From contig MU058384.1 in assembly GCA_013265495.1 (NCBI GenBank), positions 1,737,690 through 1,801,689 of the forward strand: DNA of 64,000 bases, written 5' to 3'. A model generated the notes under the pieces. The model saw only the letters and a list, made by a program, of their open reading frames with translations. It searched no databases and had not been told where the DNA came from. This DNA comes from Vicugna vicugna (taxonomy: Eukaryota). Made by a program: the position numbers and the translations under genes. Shown here piece after piece: positions 1-13,096 of the stretch (the first letter of the stretch is position 1; every line of letters begins with the position of its first letter).

Positions 1-3000
1 GACAGTTTTAGGACATCCTGGGTGAGTCCAGTTCTTATCCAACCATGAGGCTTTTATGTGGAAAACACCCCTTAACTAGGCTGAGCCCACTGGTTTGAAA
101 TAAACATTCTGATGAAACATTCTGTAAAGAAGAAGTGGCTCTTACAAGAAGAAATTAATGCCTCCACTCCAATTTGTGAATTCCTTCCCGAAACAATTTC
201 TAGTTGTTATGTAAACATAACCTAAGTTAGTGGGTCTGTCAAAGATAATTGCTAATATTCTCCTAAACTTGTGACTTGGGGGAGAATAAAAGGAGACGGG
301 AACTGTTAACAGGGGTCATAGAAGCAATGGGGGAAGGACCAGTTTACATGCAACAACCAAATGTATTTGCTGTAGGCCAGAGACTCCCAGACATTATTTT
401 TATACCTGGTTTCTGTATCTATTTCTATTCTGGTGACTAAGTGGATGGATGATTTCTCAGAGTCTCTTTGAGTACCTTCTTCTTTGAATCTATGTGTCAG
501 AATGCCTTCTGCATCTTGAAGTAAATGTGGACAAAACTCATATCTAAGTCAAGATAACATTTAAATTGTGAATACATAATTTTTAGAGATGAGAGCATTT
601 TATTTTTAGTACATTTTAGTCTATTCTCACCATATTCCATTTTGCTAACTTATTTCATAGAAAAAGAACGAAGGACTGGCTTTCAAAGCAAAGAAGTAGA
701 AGGTTTTATCTAGGAACTCACGATTTGGCAAATTATATCTGATTTCAGTGTTTATGGAATGGCTGATACATGCATAGACGCCACATGAAACTTGGTGTCT
801 CAAGCCAGAGGAGCGGGATGAATCCTGCAGGTTAAAAAGGGTCTGGCAGGTTTTGCCACGTTTCTGCTGCCCTTTAAACCACCTGAGATGCTCACCACAA
901 TCCATGACTGAAGCTCTCTTGGCATCCTATCAGCCAGCAAGCACTCTCTGAAGGAGAGGCTTCCAGGTGGGTCTAAGACGGGACCTTCCTCTGTAGAGCT
1001 GGCTCTTTCCAGACCATGCGGGCTACTCTGTCTTTGACTGCCCTTTCAGAAAAATTTCACAGTTAACAAGCACTGAAAAAAAAACCAAAAATACCAACCT
1101 AGAAGAGGATCATGCTCTAACACTAACCTGCAGAATTTTATACTCTGGCCAACATTCCGGTGTTTGTTTTGGCTCTGACTGGCCAGGATATCGTAAACCA
1201 CCAGCAAAACATCTCAGTGACTCAGTTTACCTCTCTGTGAAACATTTGCCTACTGCTTGGAGTTGCGAAAGAAAATGTCCTCAGAGTGTGACAAACTTCC
1301 ACGTTTGCATAATCTTTTCTCTAGCATTTAAAGTTTGTGGAGCTAATCCAGATGGGGACAGGCAGCAAAATCAGAATTCAAATGAAGCAGGTGGAAGCAA
1401 GTTACTATTATTGCGTTATGGATGAGGCTGCACCAAACTGAGTTATCTCAGCACAGACAGAGCAGCCAGCACCACCTCTGTGAGACGCTCTGGTTTCTGG
1501 TGGGAACTGTTGTCTGTTACTCTTGTTGAATGACTCCTTAACAGAATACACATAGGGGACCAATGTGAGACAAAGCAGGTTTAGGCTTTAATTTTTCGTA
1601 TATTCTAATTGGGGGAAATGGTGTGAACCCAAAAGGGTGTCAGTGAGTGCAAACACAAACCTGGAGCAGGGCCCACTGGGTGTGAATCTCAGGGGCTATT
1701 AATCTACAACCTTCAATTTGTAAATATGCAGGAGACTGAGTCAGTAGGAAAAAAAATAATTTTAAACATCTGTGGTATTCTTTCTGTTCCAAATTAATTA
1801 CATTGCCTGTTTGCTGACGCTGACCAGAATTTTCAATCTTCTGATGCTATGCTAGGAACGTCATTAGTATTTTTCTATGTGTTTATCACTTACATCCCAT
1901 GAAACTTTATCTCTGCCACAGTCTGTCTTTCATAACTTTTTTTAGGTCCTAATTTTGTTATTTGGCTCACCCATCCTAAACTTCTTGCTTTTCCTTTTAT
2001 GCTGAGTAACAGGCAACTCTTTTCTCATCAAGTATTTATTGTAACTTTGAAGAGATACCTTGTTAATACACAGTCCCACACACATACACATCATTCAATC
2101 AAAATGATGATATAAATGAAAATCCAAGCATGTTGTTTAATCATTTGGAGAGGTTGATAATTATTTTCAATCAGCGAGGATTGCTCTGCCAGTTCAAAGA
2201 AATATTAATGAGCGCCAAATTTGTTAATAGACTGTGTGCAGCCCTTTTCTGTGAGTGGGGGAAGGTATCAGGAAGATCAATCTAGAATTTGCTTTTCAGC
2301 CTTCATATCATGCCCCTGTGAAGCCCAAAATCTCTCTGAGTTAGCCAAGAATCCAACTGCTAAAACTTCCATCCTACAATCCATGAAGGTACATTCCCTG
2401 AGCTGAATTCATGATAGCTCCACAGCTGGCAGCCGAGGTCTTGGCCAGCTCTGGGTTTCTCTTTAACCTTGCTGCAATCTACTGTATTTCCTGGAGTTTT
2501 CTCTCTTCAGGCTGAGGCACGGTCTACACAGCCGCTCACCTCCTTCCTCCTCCTAATGATAAGCCCACAAGCCATTTTTGTTCTGTGGGTTTTACTGAGA
2601 ATCACCAAGGAGAAAAAGAGAAAATAACCAAAGAGCCCATGTGGAAGAGAGATGACTGTGTAAGAACTCTTACACAAGTGCTTAATTCAACAATAACCTT
2701 TTATTGATCATGTCCTCTGTCGTGAGGACTGCCTTCTAGGATCTGATAGTTATTGTCCCTGGGATGATCTTGGAAGCTCTGTTGTCCACTCACTTCCCTG
2801 GGCAAACAGCTGACTACCCACTCTTCTCAACAAGGAGGGCAAAATAAAAAGTGGACAGTGCTCTCTCCTTGAGTAATTAGATTTCTCTACAGCTCTTCAG
2901 CTGGATAGCATATGTGTCATTGGTCATAGACATTAAGATCATAAAATCAATTAAGCTAAAATATACATACACACAAGACATAATTCTACTAATAGAGGAA

Positions 3001-3090
3001 TTTTTTTGGTGTTGAAACTCCTACGAAAACTTCAGAATATCTGCTCATTTTCTCATACTTACCCTGCCTGTTCCCCTCCTACTTTTGTAT

Positions 3091-3522
3091 CTTTTTTTAA
3101 ATTGAAGTACAGTTGATTTACAATGTTGTGTTAGTTTCTAATATACAGCATAGTGATTCAGTTATATACATATATATTCTCTTTCATATTCTTTTCCATT
3201 ATAGGTTATTACAAGCTATTGAATATAGTTCCCTGTGCTATACAGTAGGACCTTGCTGTTTATCTATTTTATATAATAGTTTGTATCTGCTAATCTAATC
3301 CCAAAGTCCCTTTGGTAATCGTAAGTTTGTTTTCTATGTCTGTGAGTTTGTTGCTGTTTTGTAAATAAGTTCATTTGTGTCATTTCTTCTGGATTCTACG
3401 TACAAGTGATATCATAATCACATAATCATGAGTGATAACTGTCTTCCTCTGTCTGACTTACTTCACTTAGTAAGATCATCTCTAGGATCTTCCATGTTGC
3501 TGCAGTGGGATACTACTCAGCC
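3091..3522 (-). mobile_element. 5'-truncated L1 (3' UTR and ORF2 end)
   Basis: Poly-T followed by AATTGAAGTACAGTTGATTTACAATGTTGTGTTAGTTTC...GTTCCCTGTGCTATACAGTAGG...GACTTACTTCACTTAG, typical of the reverse strand of laurasiatherian L1 3' ends. Confidence 0.9.
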
Positions 3523-3599
3523 TACGATTGTATTTTGACTGATGAGGGCTTTTCCTAGAATCCAAAAATTTAGCATCTATCTAGTGATGGGATCATAAA

Positions 3600-3750
3600 C
3601 TGACTCTCTGAAAAGGACTGCCAACCAAACAGAAAGCCCTGATTCACAGTGTTTGCTGACTTCTGTGATGTAAACACTTCCACCAATGATTTAACAACCA
3701 GACAGCAAGAGCTCTTGTAAGTCAGTCAGAACCAGTTCTAGCATATTTCA
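3600..3750. mobile_element. MER63-like hAT-Blackjack DNA transposon fragment
   Basis: AAAGCCCTGATT...TGTAAACACTTCCACCA...CCAGTTCTAGCA resembles the recalled MER63 consensus. Confidence 0.5.
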
Positions 3751-4064
3751 TATCCTTCCAGTCTCTTCTCTTATCAAAACTTATTCTGCACCTCATCTCC
3801 AAGAGACTGTTTTGGAACTGCTTTTCATTTGGAAAAGTAATAAAGTAAGTAAATCTCAGCAGAATGTTAATGGCTGAATGAAAAAGACCCCATATGTAAA
3901 CCCTGGCAGTGGCATCTACCTCATCATGGGGGCTCCTGGAAAGGGACCTCAACTTAGTGTGTGAAATCCACTGTCAGCAATGGTGGGGGCCTCCAGGCTA
4001 AGGGTGCACCCCTTGGTGGCAGTGAAAGGAGGGACAGGGTAAGCCACACTGATATCCAGTGAGG

Positions 4065-4470
4065 GCACGAGGTAGCTAAGAGCATGAACTCCGAAACTTG
4101 AATGCCAAGGTTTGTGATATTAGGCAAGAACCTGACTCCTCTGTGCCCTAGATCCTCATTTGTAAAATGAGGACAGTAATGTTGTATTTCATGGAATCTA
4201 AGCTATCCTCTATTGTAAAACATACCATTATTTTATGTTCCATTAAGAAATTTTAAAACGCTGCCAATTAAACTATGACATGCCATCGACAGTAAAATGC
4301 ATTCCACTTTCACAGGCGCTAAAATTTTTCACAGAAAAACATGTTTTAGAATCAAAAAATTATGGTTGTGCCTTCCTCATAGGGTTGTTGAAAAGATTAA
4401 ATGAGCTGATACATGTAAAGTGCTTAGAACAGGGCCTGACATTGTAGGAGCTATGATTTTGCAATTATAG
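4065..4470 (+). mobile_element. MIR SINE, split by a DNA transposon
   Basis: MIR core CTCTGTGCC...CCTCATTTGTAAAATGAGGA (to about 4180) resumes as CCTCATAGGGTTGTTG...ATTAAATGAG...GTAAAGTGCTTAGAACAG (4370-4440). Confidence 0.8.
4182..4365. mobile_element. MER104-like Tc2/mariner-superfamily non-autonomous element
   Basis: About 180 bp with degenerate terminal inverted repeats (TGTATTTCATGGAATCTAAG ... TTTAGAATCAAAAAATTATGG) and internal CTGCCAATTAAACTATGACA. Confidence 0.65.
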
Positions 4471-6005
4471 ATTTTGCTATTATAGGATCATTATTATCAC
4501 AAAGAAATTAATGAAAATTAAAAAATGCAAAATATCTGATTCAAATGTTAAGACTTCAAATTTCCTGATAAGATTAAGAGTGAACTAAAGTGGGTCTAAT
4601 CTAGCATTTTTCAAGCTATTTTTCTTTCTGCAATAAAAAAGAAGTAAAGGTAGAGGTAGAAGTGGGGTGAAGAAATCCTCAGTCACCTATTTTGAAACTC
4701 AACCCAAGCAGTTCCATTTTTATCAACTGAATGCACTGGAGTTCAAGGTAAGTTTTCACTTTACCTGTGTGTGTGTGCATAAATATGCATACATATATAG
4801 GTTGTCCTCAGCTTACAGAACCTTTGCCCCAATAGATGGAGACGTTGGCAGAGGCACAGGGATGGTCCTTCCCAATAGTAAGCTAATTCTCGCTCAAATT
4901 CACAGATCCCCAAGCAAAGAAAGTGCTCTCCTAGGTCAGCAGGCCTGAGCCATAACTTTCCTTGCTCCCCGAAGCCTCTTCTGATGTGCCCTCCACCTGA
5001 CCACACCCATCACCCCAACAACACTTCTGTCTCCACTGGAGCTGTTTAAATGATCAAGTCCAGTAAGCAAGGACTGTAACAAGAAATTAAAATACGATAG
5101 CAAAGTTTATACTCTAAACGACTCTCGAGCCGTTTCCTTAGCAACAGCTTTGACTTTTTAGGACTCACCTTGGCTACACATGGCTTTAGCAATCATCTGT
5201 CAGACTGATTTCCAAAACAGCTCATACCCCTCTCAGAACCAAACATTCTAAGCATGAGATGAAGGAGAAAACATAACACATTTTTGAACACAGGTTTAAA
5301 ATCTCCTTAAAAGTACTCATAGCCTCCCTTGAGACTCAGGTCAATGAAAAAACATATATATGAAAAATAAGCAGGGGAAAAACAAAGAAAATACAAAAAG
5401 CTATTGCACTGTGATTCCAACTATGTAACAAATGTATATAAATATGAAAAATAGTATCTGAAGATGAAAATAGTTTGTTTTGAGGTATTGTTAAAGTAGG
5501 AGATTGAAAAATAATTTTATATTCTTGTTGATATTTTTTAAACTATAAATGTCAAAACACCTCCCATACAGTCCTTCAGCAACCACTTAACGTGCACATG
5601 ATTCGTGTTTACCTTAATTCACTCCACCCCACCCTCATCTTTTCTTCACTTCTCTTACATCCTCAGATGTTTAAGTCCTTTAATATCTGTGCCTTGGGTG
5701 TATCTGCTTGACATATCCAATCAGGCTCTATGATGCAAAGGACTGTCTATTTTTTTTCTGTGAACCTATGCTAATCCCCTCCCACGGATAGTGTAATTCT
5801 TGAGTTACATAAAACAAGTTCAAGTTTACAAGTTCAGCCAACATACCAGATGAATTATAGAAAAAAATAATCATGCCTTCCCCCTCCCCTCTAGGGTTAG
5901 TGTTCCCCAAGACAGTACAAAGAACATCTGAACTCCAGGGCCACTGTTTCTTGGTGGGCTGTTTTTTATTTCTTTTATGCTGGTATTCATTTAGGATAAG
6001 AAGAG

Positions 6006-6630
6006 TGTATCAATCAAGGTTCAACAGAGAAGCAGAACTACTACGAGTGATGTAGAACAGGGATATATCATCCAGGGTAAACTCTACACAAATATGGGAG
6101 TCGGTGGAAAAGCAAGTCTATGGACGTTGCATCCATGACTGGCATTAGGCATGAAGTTGCTACTGACCTGGGCCAGTAGTCAGGAAGAAGAGCTGGGTGG
6201 GAAGGAGGGGAGATCGAGGACAAACTACTGCCTGAGGCTGGAATCCATGAGGACAAATTGGAACTCGCATCTGTTTTTCATCACCCACAGCCTCAAGGAC
6301 GAGATAATCTGTGTGGTAAAGCCAATGCAATTTATTATGGAGCTGCATAGTCATCTGGCTCAGGACTCAGAGAAGCTGAAGAAGGATCAGGTGATCCACA
6401 AGGTGAACTAGCAGATCAGCGTCACAAGGCACGACCCACCATTGTGCCTGGAGTTCCACACCCACCTTCGGTGGGTAAATGAGGGCTGCTGCTTCACTTT
6501 TACCTTTCACTTCTTGTTTAAATTTCATCTCATGCTCAGTAGTAACCTGCAGCCATACAGGGAAAGAGACTAGGAGAAACATTGTTCCAGCTGAGTGAAT
6601 TGAACAAAGCCACACAACAGACCTCTCCAC
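6006..6630. mobile_element. Old ERVL/MaLR-type LTR remnant(s)
   Basis: Begins TGTATCAATCAAGGTTCAACAGAGAAGCAGAAC, resembling an MLT-type LTR terminus. Family and extent are uncertain. Confidence 0.45.
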
Positions 6631-7394
6631 TTCCCTCCTAAATGAGTTTGTAGAAACAACTGCTATAATAAGTCTAAATTCAGTTTAATCCTAGGCTTGG
6701 CACCCAAACTCAAGGCCCTGAATTTCCAGAAGATTTTCTTAAAGGTCTCATACTTACGCCCAAGTTAGGAATGGAGAGCTCAACACCAAGGGAGATCCTT
6801 ATAGAAAAGGAACAGAGATCAAGGATTCAAAGTGGGAACTATTGAAAATTATACTAAAGGTCATGTCTTCTACCCCATAAAAAGCAACTACCAGTAATGT
6901 ACTAAGGAATTTTCCAAATGCCTGTTCCACACCCCCACCTCCCCCTGCCAAAAATAAAAAATATAGAACAACCCACAGAGAATCAAGGGGAGAGGAGCAA
7001 GTTGCTTTCTGAGAGAAGAAGCCATTTGTATATTCATTACAAGGAGCCGCAGCCAAACATTTACAGAGTATCTAACTAGTTTCTCTCCTGGGCTAGACAC
7101 TGCGCTGATGCAGCGTCCTACACAGGGAGTCTTAAGGGACAAAGGTCAAATCAGTTCTCAACGTGTTTGAATAGAGAGCTGCTAGGCAACAGCCTCACAC
7201 CTAAGCAAAATGCTGGCCACTGGCCCTGAGACTGGGCATGGCCAAGGTCAGGCGCAGGCAGCTGACCCAAGGAGCCTTCTCTCAGAGATAAGACCGCCCC
7301 TACACAAGCCCCACTTACCAGAGTGCACCTAGACCTCTAGGCTGAAAATTATGTGCAAATATCCATCAGAGTTTTAGAGCAGCCAGTGACAAGC

Positions 7395-7430
7395 ATCAAC
7401 ATCATCATCATCATCATCACTGTCATCATC
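7395..7430. repeat. (CAT)n imperfect microsatellite
   Basis: ATCAACATCATCATCATCATCATCACTGTCATCATC. Confidence 0.85.
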
Positions 7431-8136
7431 GTTGCCGTGACTACTGCTACCTACATACTCCGCAAACAGCAGGACTTTTGTCCTTCTATGGAGACATGGA
7501 GTCCAGCCAAATACCTGCGTGAGCTAGAGCAACTGCAGGTCACAGACCTCTGCAAAGGGGCTGAGTGGATCAGGGCCAGAAAATTCTCTGCTTTTGTTTC
7601 TCCCACCTGGTAGAATTAAGAACACTGTGCCACACTGGTAAAGACCACTGTTGTGCCTCTTCCCTTTCCAAAAGGCAAGCTGAACAGCAGTATTTTGGAA
7701 ACATGACATTTTTTACATTCATGAGTTGGGTTGGGTTTTGTTTTCCTGGGGTTGTTTCCTGTATAATGATTATTCACATACACCTGATTAACCACCTGTC
7801 CAATTAAAAGTCAAGGGCCTCCCGTCAGGAATTTTGAGGATTTGTTTTCTCCACCACAGAGGCCTCATCGACAGTTCCTGCTGGAACCAGCTGTATCGCC
7901 ACAGCTGACTGCATGCTCACAGTTGCCCCACAGTCCTTTTCACCACTTCTAAAGGTCCAAGCAGGTACCTAGGAGGTCCGACTCCACTGTGGAATATTTA
8001 GTTGAGGTAAGTTGGAAAAATGGTGTCATCCAGCTCCTATCCGGGTGCAGAGTGTCACAGCAACATCTGCCCTCTTACCTTCAGTCGGAGTGTTCGCACC
8101 TGCTTCTGTTCTAGATTTGTTGTATGTGTGTGTTGC

Positions 8137-8225
8137 TTTTCTTTTTTTAACAGAGGCACTGGGGATTGAACTCAAGACCTTGTGCATGCTAAGCAGGCAC
8201 TCTACCACTGAGCTGTACCCTCCCC
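8137..8225 (-). mobile_element. tRNA-Ala-derived SINE (camelid Vic-1 type)
   Basis: Reverse complement reads GGGGAGGGTACAGCTCAGTGGTAGAGTGCCTGCTTAGCATGCACAAGGTCTTGAGTTCAATCCCCAGTGCCTC plus an A-rich tail. Pol III A and B boxes and an AGC anticodon are present. Confidence 0.85.
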
Positions 8226-8864
8226 TCCATCTGCTTAAGCTTGACCTGCTGGAGATCACACACTGTCCTACACAGGTTAACTGGTAACACCCAAAACGTG
8301 CCTGACAATGGGTTTCTAGTAGGCACTGAAGAAACGCAATCAAGTGTATTTCAGCTGTTTTGAAACATTCATGTAAACTCTGGTCAGCACATTCGGTTTC
8401 TTCATTATTCTTCCAGGGCAAACCAATGGGCATTAAATGCATGTAAGTTAAGTGGTAACAATTCTTCAAGTTAAGCGAAAACTCCAGCCATTTCAATATT
8501 TCATTCACCTACAAGCAGCAGACTTTTAAGTTCATCTAATTTTTGTTAGTTATTATGGTGATATATAAAATTAAATTGATCATTATAAAATAGATCCATT
8601 TAGTTAACCAGTACTTTATACATTTATAAATTTTCTAAAATGTGAGTACCCACTGAATAGCATTTTCTGCTGTGCTTCACTAGAGAATAAAAATTCCATT
8701 TTTGAAAAATTGTTTTTGTTTATTGGCCCTGTCCTCTGGCCTCAAAATTCTCTGACAAAACAAAACAATTGCCCTCAATAATAAAACATACATATTCAGA
8801 ATTTGAAAACATATGACAATGAACAAATGACTGCATTTATACCTCTTAAATATAATAAAAATGT

Positions 8865-9110
8865 AATAATACCGTCACTAAGAATTTGCTATATGCCAGG
8901 GGCTGTGCTAAGCACATTATCTCTGTCACCTCTTTTAATTGTTATAACACTCCTGTATGTAAGTACTCTTGGTATTAGACCCATTTCATGCATAAATAAC
9001 ATAAGATGTAGAAGTAAAGCAAACACTGAAGCCCATCCCGATGGGCAGTGGTACGGCTGGGATTTTGGCTCCATTTCTGATTCTAGATCTGAGCTCTTGG
9101 CAGCCCAGCT
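8865..9110 (-). mobile_element. MIR SINE
   Basis: CTATATGCCAGGGGCTGTGCTAAGCAC...ATTAGACCCATTT, the reverse-strand MIR pattern. Confidence 0.6.
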
Positions 9111-11009
9111 ATGCTAGTGATAAACTAGTGATCCTTAGCTTGTAGGAGGTTATGGATCACTCTGAGAATCTGATTAAAGTTATAGAAATCCTCCTCAGAT
9201 GTACCCCACACATACACTCTTTCACTACATACAACTTCAGAGGGTCTGTAGACCTCCTTGAAGACCACCCAGAGTTTCCTTGGGGTCCATAAGCCCCAAA
9301 TTATGAAGCTCCAATTTAAATATTTCCTTAAAGATCAACATATGGGAATTTGCTTATTGTCTGTTTGAGGAGCCGTGCTGTGCAAATTGAAGCATCCGTG
9401 AATGTGGAGAAAGAGTGATCTGAATACTTGAACACCAAAATGCCCTACCAACAGCCAGAGCAATGAGTCAGAGTGCAGGAGTCCTACCCTAAGGGTGTCT
9501 GTGTTAGGTTCCTCCAGTTACCGAAAAGAAATAAAGAAGGGGTGGTTGTTGTAAGGATACACCCTGGAGAAAAAAGCTCTCAGAAATAAGATCAGGAAGC
9601 ATGGTTGGGCCAGACCTCTCTGAGCATGAACTTGGACCAGAAGATTGTGCAGATCTGAGACAGCCGTCCGGATCGCAGCAGCAGGAACACGTGGGCTTGA
9701 CCCCCATGGGCTTTCTCTCCTTGTCCACTCTGTTCTCTTCTTCCTGACTTTTTACTCTTTACTCCAGATCAGATCGTGTATCTTATCCCTCAGGGATTCC
9801 TATGTGTAAGTATAATTTTTAAAAGTTTTTACAAACTCCACTTTCTGCCTCCTCATCACTTCAGGTGGCCATGACCATCCTGGTTCTAACCATAACTCAG
9901 GGCTCCTCTCTTGTGTGTTTTCAGCTACTCTTTCTACCACTGGAATGAACGGGATTGGTTGCCCCATTCTTTCAGTGTTTCCCAGTTCAAGAGCCTGATT
10001 GCAGTTAATGTTTTTTTTGCATGAGGTCATGCCACAGGTTTTTAACCAGCCTACAGTTTGGCTGTGCTTGTGACAGATGCCACCCGATCCAATCAGCTGC
10101 TGGTGGTAGCAAAGAGGATAGGCGACTCCTCTGGAAACAAACATGTCCCTACCTGGGCATGCTTTCCTTGTTAGAAGATGTGGTTGGGGAATTCCCTGTA
10201 GACAGGTACAGTGAGAAACTATTAGTACAGACCCTTGGGACAGGCTGGCTGTGGGGGACACCAGTGCAACTTTCCACACTTCGAACTCGGCCCACCTTCT
10301 ATTGGGTCCTCTACACCATCAGGCGAACGTGTGTTTAGATAGGGATTTCAGCAATAGGAGCCCTCCCTCCCCATGAAAGGCCAGGAATTGGAGGAAACCT
10401 CTGGACCTGAGACCAGCCAGTCGTGCCCCTCAGTTGCATGCCACCCAGGAGACCTATGCCAAGAGATTTTTGTGCCAAGCCTCAAGACACACCATACTTC
10501 CTGATACATTTCACTGGCTACTCACTGAGCTTTTTAAGGAGGAAGGAGCTTAAAGGGCACTGTGACACACTCAGTTTAACAGAGTTACAGAGTTCGACAG
10601 AACTTTAAACACCATCTAAGCTACCCACATATGCTATGGAGAGGGAGGCTGAGCCCGAGAGGAGCTAAGTACTGAAAGAAAAGCACGGGAAGAACTGGCG
10701 ATGGGGCCCCGATTTCTAGTCCACTTCACCCGGTATCATCCCTGGATGTGAGCCACACTGACCCTTCGTTCTCCTGCTGTCACTGAGTGCGACCATTCTG
10801 TAGCAAAACAGAAAAATTGAAAAGCCTATAAAACACCATCTCATGCTATAAAGATTCAATCCCAATTTGTATATAATCTATAGTTCTCTCTAACCAGAGA
10901 TAGATGATTTATTAGAAATAATCCTAGATTAGAAGACTCACTGTGTCACTCCTCAACATGTGAATTAACCTCTATTTCTTCCCCTGAGAAATAGCAATTT
11001 ATTATGCAC

Positions 11010-12280
11010 TCATCATTTATCTAACGAACATTAACTGGATGTCTGCTATGTTCCAGGCTCTGAGTATAAAATGATGTTGAACAATTGTCTTGTTCCTCAA
11101 AGAGCTTTTATACTCTAGCAGGGGAATGTAAGAGAATTACACCCGAGGGATATGGAGGCAAATGAGGAAGGGGACAATGAACTCATGCCCTGGAAGGGAC
11201 TCAGGAAAAACTTGCCAAATGGACACATGAAATTTGAAGGCACAGGTATAGGAGGCATTAGCCAAGTAGGGACTAAGGCTGGACAGGCAGATGAAGGAGG
11301 GCACGCGGAGAAGATGTGTAGTATGATTGAAGTACAGTGTTCAAGGGGAAGACAGGGTGGGAATGTCAAGAGATGAGACTGGCAAGTAAACAGAGTCCTG
11401 CTAACAACTTCATGTACCATCCTCTATGTTTACCTATTGGTCATGAGTTACACAGCCAGGTTTTTATTTTAGAACAATTACTGTAACAGCGACATGGAGA
11501 ATGTGTACCAAGAGCTTAAGACTGGAAGCAAGAAAACCAGTTAGGAGCTGCTGCAGTAATTTAGGACAGTGATGTTGGCAGCGGCAATGGGACCAGAGAG
11601 AAGTGGGCGTATCACAAACAATTTTGAAAGATATCATTTGAAGGGCTTGGATATTGATCATAGGCTGTGGGGAGTGAGGGATGTGAGGGGAGAGGGAGGA
11701 ATAGAGGATGCAGTCACATTCCTCCTCACTTGGGTGGGGGGACCAGGCACTAGTAGGTTCGATTTGGGACACTGAGTAAGATTCTGGTTAAACAGGCAAG
11801 CATCAAGTTCCTGTAGAAAACTGGACAGTAGATCCAGAGTTCAACAGAGTTTGGCTGGGACTATAATCATCAGCACGTATAGATAAGTGGTACTCAAAAC
11901 AGAAAGACAAAAGGGCTGTCAGAATGACCCAGGGAGCTTTTTCCAACTGCACATTCTACTCCCTTGAAATTCTCCAGTGCCTTTCCTCCCCACCCCACCT
12001 GCACTCCACTCCAATGCTTGAGCGTGTCAGCCATGAGTCAAGTAAATCATTACCACTAGTGTACGAAGTGAAGCAGAGGAGAGCAGGAGACAACACCTCT
12101 TAAGAGCATGACATTTAAGAGATGGCTGAAAGAAAAGAGTGGCAATAGATCCTGAGGAACATCCAGGAAGATGGAAAGAAAATTATTAGCGTAAAGTCTT
12201 ACAAAAGCCAGGAGAGGAGAGGATGTCGAAGAGGAGGACATGGCTAATCCTGTAGAGAGGTGATGTGAAAGAGACCCCAA
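11010..12280 (-). mobile_element. L2 LINE fragments
   Basis: Begins with a reverse L2 3' end (TCATTTATCTAACGAACATT...CTATGTTCCAGGC), then a purine-rich body such as AGACTGGAAGCAAGAAAACCAGTTAGGAG. Confidence 0.7.
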
Positions 12281-13096
12281 AAGTGTTAACCCTCTCTGCT
12301 CTGCACACAGAGCTACGACAAAGACCAAATAAGGTCCTGTAGGTGTAGGTGCCTTCTAAAATACAAAATATTATACAACATGAGCAGTTTTTATTTTAAT
12401 AACTCAAGAATTCAGTTCCCACGGACTCTAGGAGTCTCTCCCTGGACCCTCTAGGCCACCCTCCTGGGTTCCCTCAACACCAAGAAGGAAGGAAACACGT
12501 GCTTACGGGATGAATGAGCAGTTACTGCATCCCATGACTGTCTTCAGCACAGAAAAGATCCAAATCCAGATTCTTTTTTTAATAGAATCCAATGTGCTTA
12601 TTCCTTTTTCTTGGCATATTCTTATTTCTATTTTATTTTATGACCTCACAGTTTAAAAAAACTAATCAGCTCCTTAACAGTTATGGGAAAAGATATATAC
12701 ATAATTATTTCCTATATAAAAAAAAATCACTTCCTATAGAAAAAGAAGATACATCAAAAATTGTTTTCCTTTTCCTCCTGTCTCCCTTTCTGCTGCTGGG
12801 CACCTCCTCGTATCTCTTCAGAGCTCATGTTTGTGGCCTGATTTCCAGCATGTTCATATCCAAATCAATCTGAACTAATTTTGCAAGTGAAATGTTTTGA
12901 GAGCTCACCCTAAGTGCTTTCCTAAATTCTAAACATTTAACATCTGCTTGGCTGGACTGAATTCCTAGTCTTATAAGTCTCCTCAAATCTACCAATTTGA
13001 CTTGTCAAATTGAAATTTATCATTTCAAAATTTATATAATTTATAGCCCTTGATTACATTATCACTGGTGTTTTGTACTATTGATGTTTCTGTCAA

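Noticed and set aside
8026..8508. 160-aa ORF, and a tRNA-Ala gene inside it
   Set aside because: The ORF crosses a SINE and resembles no protein I know. The tRNA-like part has a SINE head and A tail.
9130..9310. Possible hAT-Charlie MER fragments here and at about 45600-45725 and 54930-55105
   Set aside because: The resemblance is too degraded to name or delimit without a Dfam search.
9800..10338. 159-aa and 105-aa opposing ORFs (similar cases at 16309-16788 and 42097-42567)
   Set aside because: No homology recognised and no exon structure. ORFs of this length occur by chance in 64 kb over six frames.
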